A stretch of 64,000 nucleotides of DNA, taken from positions 2,232,001 to 2,296,000 of the forward strand of contig JBLDXI010000003.1 in the NCBI GenBank assembly GCA_047495785.1, read 5' to 3'. Numbering within the stretch: position 1 is the stretch's first letter; each line of letters begins with the position of its first letter. This document shows positions 48,182 through 60,000 of this stretch, one piece after another. A model generated the notes under the pieces. It saw nothing but the letters and a program-made list of their open reading frames with translations, searched no databases and was not told the DNA's origin. The DNA comes from Lepidodermella squamata (lineage: Eukaryota; Animalia; Gastrotricha). Made by a program: the position numbers and the translations under genes.

Positions 48182-50360
48182 TAATCTTAAAAAAGATTTT
48201 CACCGAAAAACGGTAAAAATTTCAATTTTTTCAGCTAAATTATTCAATTTCGGCTTTTAATAAAACATTTACTTCGATCACATGGCTCTAAAAGTTATTT
48301 TCATTGAAATATTAGCGAAAAATGACAAACATTTCTAGCAATCCAGCAGCTTTCGAGGCGAAGTCGCTCAGCATGTGCCAAACAGCAAGACTGGCAGAAA
48401 AATTCGTTGCAATGCGAGCATTTGTGACTGTCTTTGCTAAAAGCCGGGCCATGAGGACATTTTTCGCCGATCATGACAGGCCGCTGCTCATTTTCGACCA
48501 CAGCCCTTGAAGCGGTAACAATTTTCTGGAGCGCCGCATTATTTCTAAGCCCTAGATTTTCAAACAGATTAATCGGAAATATTAAATTAATTGTTATTGT
48601 TACATTTTTTCTCGCGAATCAGGAGGTGAGGTTCCACCACTACGGGTTTGCTTTCCTTCTGGCAGACAGGGCATTCGAAGACGGTCGCTCCGGTATATGG
48701 CAATCTCGCATTTTCTGAACAAATCAGGCAGATTGAGTGGCCGCATTTTGATAGGAAAAACGGCTGGCGGTTGCTGCTTTTCGGGAATTCAATCGAAAAA
48801 GCCTCGCCGTAAAAAGGGTTCGAACAACCAGGACAAGTTAAACCCTATGATAAAGAAATAGCCATAAATTCGACGAAAATGTTTGATTTTGAAGAAAAAA
48901 GCACAAGCTCACCTCTATCAGATGTCCGTCATTAACATTCAAACTGCTTCTAGGCCGTTTTATTTTAACGCAAGGCAAGATGTTTTCGGGTGAAACTTTA
49001 TTTTTCATTCAATTTTTCATTTATCGTGAAACGCAGGGAGAAAATGAGCTTATAGAGAAGAAAACACACTGCCTCTATTTCACTGCGCTTTATTGCAAGA
49101 AATCGCTAAGCAATAAAACAGGCAATAAAACGACTGCGCATGTTGCTTGCACGTGCTACGTTTTATGAATGGCCAAGGCGAAAAATAGGTCAAACATCAT
49201 CAAACGTGCGTATTCCGGCGTGCTAAATAAAGAGCCGAAAGGCCGAAAATCAGGATAATAGCTTAAACCGATGGCTGCCTACAATTCTGGAAGTAAGAAC
49301 GATTCAACTCTGAAAGATTTCAACTGAAATGCAACTATAATTGAAAAATAAAATCACTATAATGAGCTCCAAAATCACGCGAATGCCTCATCATTACGCA
49401 ATCGTTCTGACCAAAATGGCATTCTGTAACACACAGTGTGACATAACACAAGATGACGAAAATGCAAATGCCACGCTTCCAATTATCAAGAAAAAGCTTC
49501 AAATTCGATTGAATTTCGAGAAATTTGAAGTTTGAAATTTTCGAAATTGAGGGATGTTTTCTATTATTCTACCCGTAATTTCGGGAAGCTCTGGCTTAAG
49601 CAGCGGATGAAAGATCCCATGTAAACGCTAGAGGCTTTCGGGTTATCAAGTCTACACCATAGCTCAACATTTTTCATTTCAAAGTGAGCTTCAGTAGTGG
49701 GCGAACCGAAAATTCGGGGAGAAAAGTTAAGGCCGAATAGTCAGCGATAGCTTCATTTTTACCCCAAAAAAACACTGAATTACCGTCAGCAAGGTATCTC
49801 TGATTTACCGTCAGCATTAGGGATTGAAGTGGTATTCTTGATGGATAAACACATTCAAAAGTTGCAATGAGCTGCATCGGCCAGCTAACTGAAACGCATT
49901 CAAGTTGTCCTTGAAGTTTAGCCTTGAAGTTACAGACCTTATTGATAAAATGTTAGATCTCCTCTCTGCATTACGCTTAAACCAATGAAATTCTCTTCAA
50001 CGTCTTTAAGAACAGGAAAACGTCACACAGAATTCCATGAAATTTCCATGACTTTTCAAATCCTTTGTCTTGAAAATGTGGAAAAAGTGTCATTGATGCA
50101 TTTTTTCAGGCGACAATCCCTTATCGAGTCAAAACTGAGTCGGGTTTCGCGAGTTGAACAGCTTTCATAATATAATTGGGGTCTTCTTGTTTTCACCGCA
50201 ACGCGAATTGAAGTCGAATTCGCCTCGGAACTAGTAAGATTCGTAAAATTCCTGATTTTCTTAATCTTTATTTTTCAATGAAACTACAAATATTGGAATG
50301 GTTCATAAGAGAATTGGTAGAAAATGTCAATAAAAACACATGGGCTCTGCCCAAGATACT

Positions 50361-51314
50361 TCAGACCGGTAACAATTCGGCTGGAACTTCGACATGCACA
50401 GTTTTGCCGAACAAAATCTCAGCGATTTCTTTGGCAAATCTCCGATTTCGAAAATTGTGATCCTCATGAAAGTGCGCCGCGAGGGCGTTGGAATTCTCAA
50501 ACGGACTCGGAATGGCTGAACTCGCGCCGTAGATGCAACAAAACGGGCAATAACTCGTCTGATTCGCAGTTGCCCGTTCGAACTTGTCGGCAAAACCCCG
50601 CAGGCCGAGCGGGTTGAAAAACGCCTGGAAATCAAGCACGTGGTGGCCGCCAATAAAATACGCCAAATGTAGGTCACGCATGCGGGGCCGCTTCAACAAG
50701 CCGAACAGCAATAAATGATAACCTGATTCAACGCGATGATGCTTCTCGAAATGTTTCAATAAAATAGAAATCGCGTTCGCTATATCGAATTCGGGCTGGT
50801 GGTCCTTCAGACATGCCTTGCAATGAAAAGCCAGCGTGCCAACAATTGAGGTCAAATTTTGGAAATATGATTGGCATAATTGGCGGTGGCTTGGCATTAG
50901 TTTTAAGGTGGCTGGTAACTCGGGCAAGTACCAATACGCCGGCGCATCGGCACATTCGTCGAAATTTGCGGAAAATAAATCGCTCGACGGTAACTTCAAG
51001 CTTGTGTCACTCCCGTTTTCGTCCATAATTGTCGCTAAGATTGATGTGCTAACTGGCGGATCCTCCTTCGAAAAGTGGGTCAAAGTCGGGATTGAAACCA
51101 GGCTAGGCGGTAGAGTTCTCCCATTATTTTTTCGCGTTTTGATAATTGCGTCGAGAAATTTGCCATTTTTAACCCAATGCTGGCCGAATAAATGCAATTC
51201 GAGTGGTGATGTTGCGAAGGTTTTTTTCTTGGGTAGGCAAAACGGGCAGTGATAGCGGTGAGGGGCTAACTGGTCGGCTTCTTCTACACTCGGCTTCTCC
51301 AGGAGAACTTCCAT
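50361..51314 (-). CDS. Atypical C2H2-like zinc-finger protein (3 dispersed fingers)
   Basis: CPFC..HLFGQH, CKAC..HFEKHH and CPFC..HFHEDH. AATAAA about 90 nt after the stop. Start uncertain (splice acceptor at about 51350). Confidence 0.72.
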   Translation of the reverse strand: MEVLLEKPSVEEADQLAPHRYHCPFCLPKKKTFATSPLELHLFGQHWVKNGKFLDAIIKTRKNNGRTLPPSLVSIPTLTHFSKEDPPVSTSILATIMDENGSDTSLKLPSSDLFSANFDECADAPAYWYLPELPATLKLMPSHRQLCQSYFQNLTSIVGTLAFHCKACLKDHQPEFDIANAISILLKHFEKHHRVESGYHLLLFGLLKRPRMRDLHLAYFIGGHHVLDFQAFFNPLGLRGFADKFERATANQTSYCPFCCIYGASSAIPSPFENSNALAAHFHEDHNFRNRRFAKEIAEILFGKTVHVEVPAELLPV

Positions 51315-51627
51315 CCGTTTCGGTAATGATTTCAAACTCGTCCAATAGCCTATCGAAAATAAAAAAATAAAAAACGGTTATTTAATAAGTTAAACGAGAT
51401 GAGAAACGAGTGAAACTCACATCCAGAGACAATATTTCATATACGGAAAATCGAAAAATATTTAAATAAAAGAATAAAAAATAATTTTTTGTAAAATTTT
51501 TAAAATCGCTAAAATTTGCAGAAAAATCTGAAATCAACTCCTATTTAAAATCAAAAAATTCTAAATTAGGAATAATTTTTAGTCCTCAAAAAATCAGGTT
51601 TGTTCTAAATTTTTGCGTGAGAATTTG

Positions 51628-52167
51628 TTATTTCTCAGCAAAAAACTTGATTCTTAAATCTTCAAACTGACCTCGACATGCGTTGAACACGTGCATGACG
51701 CTTTTGATGTCATCTATGGAGTGGTAAAAGGTCAAATGGTCAATCGCAGCGTGGCAGGTCGCGAAGACACTGTCGCGACTTTCGTTCTTATCACACAGCA
51801 CACAACTTGTGTAGAACGGGAAACTGTTCGCAAACTGATCCCGCGGCACAGCCCGTCGCAACTGCGTCGTCTCAATCGCCGATCGCCGCAGAAATTCGAC
51901 AATTCGCGTCCTCTCGTCGTGGTTCGATATTGCGTGCTCGACTAGCAAATGCCGTCTGAATTGGTCACATGACCGCTGGTCGACGGTGTAAATTCGTCGA
52001 AACTTGCCTTGTTGTAGGTACTGGCCGGATTGGCAAGCTGGACACGCAAATTGGCCCCACTCCAGGCCGATGGTGGCGGTTGTCGCGACAGCGTCACTCA
52101 GTTCGAATTTCATTTGATTACTATTTGAGGTGGTAATTGAAATCGCAGTGTGAGCTCGCTCCTCCAT
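51628..52167 (-). CDS. Atypical C2H2-like zinc-finger protein (2 fingers, 179 aa)
   Basis: CPAC..HLLVEH and CVLC..HLTFYH in a GC-richer open frame with AT-rich flanks. Confidence 0.68.
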   Translation of the reverse strand: MEERAHTAISITTSNSNQMKFELSDAVATTATIGLEWGQFACPACQSGQYLQQGKFRRIYTVDQRSCDQFRRHLLVEHAISNHDERTRIVEFLRRSAIETTQLRRAVPRDQFANSFPFYTSCVLCDKNESRDSVFATCHAAIDHLTFYHSIDDIKSVMHVFNACRGQFEDLRIKFFAEK

Positions 52168-52550
52168 TTTTTTGCGGTGCAAAAGGTAATTATTTTGTAT
52201 GTCAAACGACCTGTCAACAAACAAAGTTGAGAAATGACAACATCTTTCAACGAATAAAAGGGTTATTAGGGAAATGGCTAGACACTGTTCAAATATTCGG
52301 TCTCCAAGTATGGATTTTCTATCGAGGCGCTTTATTGTGATTGTGTGGATTTATTACCTGTCATGAATATATAATAACTTCTTGCGAGCGAGAAAAGTAT
52401 TTCCCAATGGAAATCGCTACATTTTAGTTTCGCACGGATGTGACAGGGCTATCAAATAGAGGCCTTCCTAATCGATTTTAAGTGCAATATAGGAATAAAT
52501 CCAAAATTTTGAAAAAAATTAAAAATTCTCTTTACATTAAATATATTAGT

Positions 52551-53002
52551 CCAAATATCTCCACCACTAAAAATGAGGTTCCAGCGCCAAATTTAAGCGC
52601 CTTGGCACTAAAATTTTCCAGATTCTTTGCGATTTCGGCGTTTTCAGTGTTTGATTGACACTGATCCTAGGATTTTTATTTTAGCTACATGGTGCCCCAG
52701 GCTACGTAGAAAATTATCGATGTTGGGTTCGGGAATGACTGACATCGAGAAAATCACTGATTTGTAAAATCGATACTTCGAATCGATATCGGCTCTATAG
52801 GGTGAAGTATAATTCGTAAACTGACAGCTTATAGCGCGAAATACGCGAAATATTAAGGTCTATCGGTTAGGCATGATAGCCAAAAACTTGAGATTTTAGT
52901 GAAGGCTAGAAATTCGAAAAACCATATTTAAGGGAAATCTAGTGGTGGAGTCTCAAATTTAGTGCTGGAACCATAAATTTGGGGTGCGCAATTGGCACAC
53001 CC
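52551..53002. mobile_element. Dispersed non-autonomous repeat, same family as 3986-4480
   Basis: Colinear similarity with 3986-4480, but without the tandem array. Confidence 0.7.
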
Positions 53003-54091
53003 GAATAAAATGCGTTTTTTTCAAGGTTTAAAAAGTATAAGCACCTGAAAATAAAATGCGCATTTCATCGAGGGTTGTTGAGGCATATCTACGGAAATTG
53101 AGCAGTTTCCTGGTCAAAAAAGGCAATTTTCTCACTTTTATTCACGTTTTATTCATTTCTGTTCCTTCAATGAGATTGTTCGTCGTCAAAACCAATTTTC
53201 TCGTCGGTTCAATATTAATATATTTAAATATGGTAATATATATAATATAATGAAACAATAATAAAGCATTGTATGGTATAGGATTTTTCCTTTACAAAAT
53301 GTACAATAAATTAAGGAAGATTTTTGAGAAAATGAAGGAAGTCATGAAGAGGGGAAGTAAAGTTTTGCCATTTTGGAATCATTTTATTGGAGAAGGGACA
53401 TGTTTGACTTCAAAGAAAAATTCGACAGACAAAGAGCGAAACGAAAAGCGAGACTCACCTAATAACTTAAATTAACCCTCAAAGACTAAATAATTGATAC
53501 GCCTCATTAATTAATACAGTGTTTTTTCCATAACTACAAATTATCATTATAACGAAAAGTGGCACAATTTTTCATCGACGCAGGTAATTTCAGCGTCACT
53601 AATTACAGCAGTAGATTTCATTTTTTTCGGTAACGAGATAGCTCAGGAAAATTCTATTTGCACAACAGTGAATAATTTATTATTCCGATAAATTAAAATG
53701 GTCATTTTTTAATAACATAGAAAAAAGCAAAAAATAATTTGCGAATAATTTCTCAGAAATAACAATAGAAGCGAGAGAGAAGAGAAAACAGCACGCAAGA
53801 AAGGCTATGTTTATCTTTAAAACCATTTTCTTAGATAACTTTACAAAATTTACAGTCACATTATAGCTTCATATACGGCCAACTGTTCATGTTTTGCGGG
53901 TAAAAAATCAATACAAAAATTTGTTGGAGATTTCCGCAGAACTAAAACAAATAATGTTAAATGCCTCGATTCGCCGATTACAGGGTGGCTAAAATTGATG
54001 AAAAAAATGGCCTTGGACCTCCTTGTGTCTATCTCTCTCTTGTCACCAGTTTGAAAATTGTCGATGATTTAATTGCGAATTTTAGGCGAGA

Positions 54092-57000
54092 TCACGATGG
54101 TGGAATTTCCTGGCATGACGGCGGTGAGCTGAAGTCACGGTTCAGCTGGCACATGACCGTTGAGTTGCCGACGAGGCTGCGCTTGCCGAGGCACGTGTAC
54201 GTGACGGTGGAGCCGACGCGCAAGTTGCGGCCGTTGTGGACGGCGAACTCGACGAAGGGGAAGCCGCGGCACTCGCGCGGCTCCGTGCAGTGCTTGATCT
54301 GGCCCCAGACGCCGGCGAGGTCGCACGCCATGCGGTAGCTGGTCTCGCCGAACGGCGTCATCCAGTCGTCGTCGCACGTCACCAGGATCGACGAGCCGCG
54401 CGTTGTCGGCTGGTGGTCGATGTTCGAGTTTTTCACAGTTATCGCCGGGCATTCAGACTCTACAGCAAAAAACGCAAAAAAAAATTAAATTAAATTAAAT
54501 TGTACTAATTATTTGAAAATTTCAAGTTATCGAATTGACCTCAGATACTATGAACTATGGATGAAAATTTTCCTATCGAGACCCTATCAGGACGGTTTAA
54601 CATGACCGACCATGGTGGTTGGAAATGAGGTCATCTTACGTCAATACGTGAAAAAATGTTTCCAAATAAAAATCGATCATTTTTCAATTTTTTCATTCAA
54701 AAATCAATTATTTTCATTAATAGGTTCGGTTGAAAGCTCGTTTTGAGTCTAAAAATTTGAGCCACTGGAAATGAGATGCTACAACTAAATTTCCCTGATT
54801 TCACGTTTCTTAAACTTTCTTCGGTAAACAATGATGCCCCATGTCACTGTAGGATCATTTTTCAGCTAATTGGTACCCTCAGATATTGAAGGCTGATTCA
54901 ATGTCGACTGTCAAGGCCATTTAAATCGGAAAAATCACTTATATGTAAAATTGATACCGGAAATCGATATCGGCATTTTGGGCTGAAGTTCAGCTCTTAA
55001 AGAAATTCCTAATAGCGCAGAAGGAAGAAATCAAACCTCGTTGAACTCAGAGAAACATATTTTCAGGAAATTTTGGGCAAGAACCCTTTATGGTATGTAC
55101 TTTTCAACATAATTGACTACAAAAGTCTCAAATAATAAAAGAAAAATAAACTTTTTCCTGCTCGATTATTACCGAAAAATACTGTACTATCGGATATTCA
55201 AGAGATGTTACTTGAAGCGGTCAGTTTAGGAGTAATACTTCAGCCTGCAGAGCCGATATCGATTCCAAGTATCGATTTTAAAAATTTGTGATTTTCCCGA
55301 TATCAGTCGTTTTTGAACCCAACATCGATAATTTTCTACATAACTTTGGGCACCAAGTAGACAAAATAAATAATACCAGGTTCAGGAAGGGCATCAGTAT
55401 CGATCAAAATCGCATTAAGCCGAAATCGCAAAGAATCAGAAAATTTAGTGCTGGAACATCATTTTTAGCGGTGCATATATTTAGACCCTTAATTTAGACC
55501 ATAGAGATCAGATTAACCTAATTTTAATCCTAATAGGTTAATTCTCTATATGATTTAGACCATTTAGTTTTGCGTTTTCAATAACTCGGGACCATATTGG
55601 TTATATATCGAACATGATAAATCCGATCTCTATAATCCCAATTTCTCAATAGAAATTAAACAATCTTTATGTGATCTAATGTGAACTTATTCGTTCCTTT
55701 TTTCACAGTAGATGAGCTACTCAACTGGTCAAAAACTGATGAATGGCTGGTAAATAAACAAATAAAATCAACTTACCACCAGGGCAGCGAAGAACATCGA
55801 CGTGCATAGCCGGCACGCCGTGGAATTCGACAACAATAAGCCGGATGAACCTGGCCCTGAACTGCAGGCTGCCCAGTGTCAGCATGACAACATCGCGCGA
55901 ATTCACATTGCCATCAAACACCTTCAAACTCGCGCCCTCCTGCACAAACTGCCACGTATTCTCATCCAGGCCATACATAATCGCAAATTTCGTCACCCAA
56001 TGCTCGTATTTCCGGCGGCCTTGGAAAATCAACCCAGCCACGTCGTAGAACCCGCCCATGTCCAGTTGGATATACGGCTTGTACACAGAATCGGCGCAGA
56101 AATACGGACACCACGCCTGGTCGTTGGCTGACGCAAACGCCGCGAATTCGGGCAGACAGGCGTAGGCGCGTAAGCTCCGCCCACCAATCGGGTGCCAGCC
56201 CTGGCGGCACCCGACCGGGTCGCACGACTCGCGCGTGCAATACCCGGCCGACGCCGCGATCTGCCCGGTGTAATTCATCGACGCCGACGGGTTTTTGAAC
56301 TCGGTCGGGTCGCGGATGTACCCGTCCTTATACGTCATATGCACCCTGCCCTGAAGGATCGAACACGTGTGGATTGTCATCGCCTGCGAGTCGTCCGGGT
56401 CAGGGCCGCCCGGGGTTCGGCACGTGTACGAGTTGTACGCGTTCATAATCGGCTGGCGCAACTCGGCCGGCTGCGTGCTGCCGACTAGGACGATGCCGGA
56501 TGGCCGGGTCGAGATCGGCGACAACCCGGCCGCGCTCACCTGGGCGCCGATTCCCACGGCGATAATGTCGAGCCCTAACTCACGATTTCCGGTTTGCACT
56601 TCAAATTTCGTCGCGTCGGCATCGGTCGGGTCTCGCGTTGTCATTAGGATCAAAATTTTCCGCACCCCAGGCCGCCCGCCGGCTGCCAGGGTGTAGGCGT
56701 GGGTCCTCGCGTATTGAATCGATAGCGGAATATCGGCGCCATTCACGCCGTACCTGAAGTACTCCAGCTGGTCGATTTGTTGGATTAAAACGTCGCGAGT
56801 CGCGCCGCTTCGCAGGTTGATGACGAATTCTGGGAACATGTCGTGTTGGTAGATGCCGATGCGGACTTTGTCTGGTTGGACGTTGAAGTAGTTGGCGGCT
56901 TCTTTCAGGAAGGCTTTCAGGCTTTCGAAGCTTTCGCGTGAGATGAGCGTTTGAGCGAAAACGAGGCCGAAGACCAGATCAACTTGTTCGTCGCAGATTT

Positions 57001-60000
57001 TCAACGCAGAACCGCCGGCTGTAAAAACAGAAAAATATTTTAGAAAATAATACAAAAAATTTGAAAAATGACAATAAATGAATGTGCAGTGCAATAAGAT
57101 TAGAAAAAAATTATAAAATTATATTTAAAAAAATTGAATACAAAATAAAACCAAAAAAATTCATCTCAAGAAAATAAAATAAAATAAAATATTTAACAAA
57201 AACAAATACAATTCAAAAAATTCAAAAAAAATACATCAGGATAAGGCGAACCACAGCAAAAAATTGAGAAGATTTTAGAAAAATCGATGATTTTCTAACC
57301 GGAGATACCGAATTATTAGGCATTCTCTTCCATGTTTATCTATTGAAAACCTCATTTTACTCTTTCCTTGTTTTATCGTGAACTTATTTCTAATTTTTTG
57401 ACATATCAATAACGGCCTCTCAGCTCATCGAAAATCGATTTCCAGAATTCTTCATTCGAATTTAATATTGCTATTACTATTCTCATCCGTCTTAAATTTT
57501 TCGATTTAGCTTCATCTTTAATTGTTCTTATACAGGTTCCTTACCTGAAATAAAATTCAATAAAATTAAATTGAATTTAATAAACAGAATATCTTTTGGC
57601 GGAACCAAATTTGCCTGTTGCGGAACCAAATTTGACTGTAGCGGAACCAAATCGGCATTTTGCGGAACCTAATTTTAGGCAAGCAAACGGCCGCTTTTTG
57701 AATATTTCTACGAATTTGAGGCAATGCATGAATTCTAAAGTGAAGAATGCATCTTTTACAGAATTTTACGCTGACTTTAATGATGATTTATCTCAAATTA
57801 TGCTGATAAATCATGACAAGATTGAAAGCTTCAAAAAGTGGCTTTAGGCCCATTGAAAATTCCAAAATTTGGTTCCGCTAACAGGCAATTTTGGTTCCGC
57901 TACAGTCAAATTTGGTTCCGCTAAAAGTAAGACCCTTTAATAAAAATTAAATGAAAACATTGAAACTAATCAGTGCGCTGAAGAAAAGTTCATGCAGGTT
58001 TCAAATAAATTTAAGGTGATCTGAGGACTGGACAAAATGATAAGATATAACACTTCAAGATACCTCCATCATCATCAATGATAAACTCCGTGTCAAGGCT
58101 GATCAAAGCATCATTTTCCACTGGAGCATCAAATAATTATTCCAAAATCAAGTTCAATATTCTCGAAAAATTCACACAAATATTCGAAAAATGACTCACT
58201 TTTTGAGCATAAAACTTTTGAAACTAGCGAATCGAGTAGATCAGGATTACTCAGCGTTGAAAAATTGCTCAAAAACATAGTCGCCGGTTGAGCAACGCCT
58301 AGATCTGTCGCAGTCTGCTGTTGCGGGTACGGGCCCAAGGCGATGAAAACCGGCGTAATTCCCGCGACTTTCAACCGATCGGCCGTATCTCGCAAGTTGC
58401 CGCTTTGCCGCGTCGACGTGAAAATGAAACCAATTCGATTAGCCCCGGCTCGGCCGCCTGAGACCGGGCTGAAGCCGTCTGTTATCAGGGTTTCAAGGGA
58501 CAACCTCAAAGCCTGGGCTGTAGTACCTGCCCCGAGGGAATTATAGCTGATACTCGACAGAAAATCGAGCAGTTCTTGCGGGGTCGGGTTCGATTTCAGC
58601 GATCTAAACACCTGATTCAGCGACTGATAAATCACGCCGGCTTGGTTCAGCATCGGCGAAATGCTCAATTTTCGGATGAACATTTGCAGGAATTGGCGGA
58701 AAATTTCAAGGTCGTTCGGCGTCATTGAATCGCGGCTGAAATCGAGGACAAAGTACAGGTCGTTGTTGATGCATTTCTGCCCGGTGCATAGGTAGGCGAT
58801 GTAGAGGTACTGCTGGCACACTGTGCAGTTCATGAGGCCTGGGCACTGTTCGATCATCGATGATAACGTCCAGCTGTTCATTTTAAGCTCGCAGGCCGAT
58901 TTCCCAGCGCAGACTTGCGAGACATAGGAATACACGTCGTAGGCAGAACATTCGACCTAAAAGCAAAATAATAATGATTAAACTTCAAGAATTTGAAATA
59001 GGTACAGATAATTTTAAAAAAATTCATTAAAAATTGAAATTTTTAAAAATTCAAAATATTCTGACTATATTGAGGTTTCAGTTCTATATTCCATAGAGCG
59101 ATGTCCCAACATACCATGGGAATTTTTTCGTAACCTGGTACCCTACTGGTACCCCAAGGAGCGTAGAATAATTTTAGATACTTGCTTTCTATATTGCTGA
59201 TATCGAAAAAATCGATTTGTCAAAATCGATATTTGAAATCGATATCGGCTCGATTTTTTACGGTTTCGCCCCCTTAATTTTAAAATCCTCTCAGACCAAA
59301 AACTAAATTATTCAAAATTTTCATGAGTATCAACAATATTCGATACACAAATATTTTCAGTTTTTATGAAAATTTATGCAAATTTAGAGGGGGTTTTTAC
59401 TCACCTCTTCTCCGCCACAGTCGATAGGATTCGGCGTTTGGCAAGTTGTCTCAGTTTCGTAGCCAGTTCGCCCGAAATGAGCCGAAACCGCCGTGATTTG
59501 CTGGTTGAACCCGCAAATCAACGAGCCTCGATCGCCGAAGCAAATCGAAGTCATCGGCACAGCTGGAAACATTATTGAAAAAACGCATTAATCATCGAAA
59601 AATAATTCAATTTTATCCAATAAAACACTCGAAGCAAAAATTGTTAGAAAACGTTAGTTGACAGAAAACACCCAGCGGAAAGCAAGCTATGTAGAAACCT
59701 TCATCTGTAGGCATTCCAGGATAGAAAGGGCGAGGTGTGGTGGTAGGGGGAATAATTGGCCCAGCCGTCCCGTTGGGAGCAGCCGTCGCCTGGGTGGCCT
59801 GTGTAGCCTGGGTGCCCTGGGTGTCAGTAGTGACCGCACCACCCGGCGCCGTTATTCCACCCTCCTGACCGCCACCTGGCAAGGTTTCGATACGATTCGA
59901 TGACCTTGGAACTATTGATTACGAGCCACAGAAAGAGAAGGAAAAAATAGGAAGAAAAATTATAATAGAAAACAGTACAGAAAATAGGATGAAAGATGAA

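Larger units (their letters stand above)
38874..49008 (-). pseudogene. TRIM-like RBCC-ankyrin gene, copy E, ankyrin exon split by an insertion of about 1.5 kb
   Basis: Exons 49008-48913, 48844-48604, 48551-48331, 44510-44151, 41632-41468, 41416-~40628, with family phases. The reading frame stops at 40592, and the remaining ankyrin repeats resume at 39150-38874. Confidence 0.78.

Noticed and set aside
49560-50170. Additional exons of the zinc-finger gene
   Set aside because: A stop at 50361 and a poly(A) signal precede it, and the frames I read contain stops.
57596-57922. CRISPR-like array or repeat protein (AEPNL ORF)
   Set aside because: The units are contiguous with no unique spacers and are mirrored as inverted repeats, i.e. 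a eukaryotic MITE.
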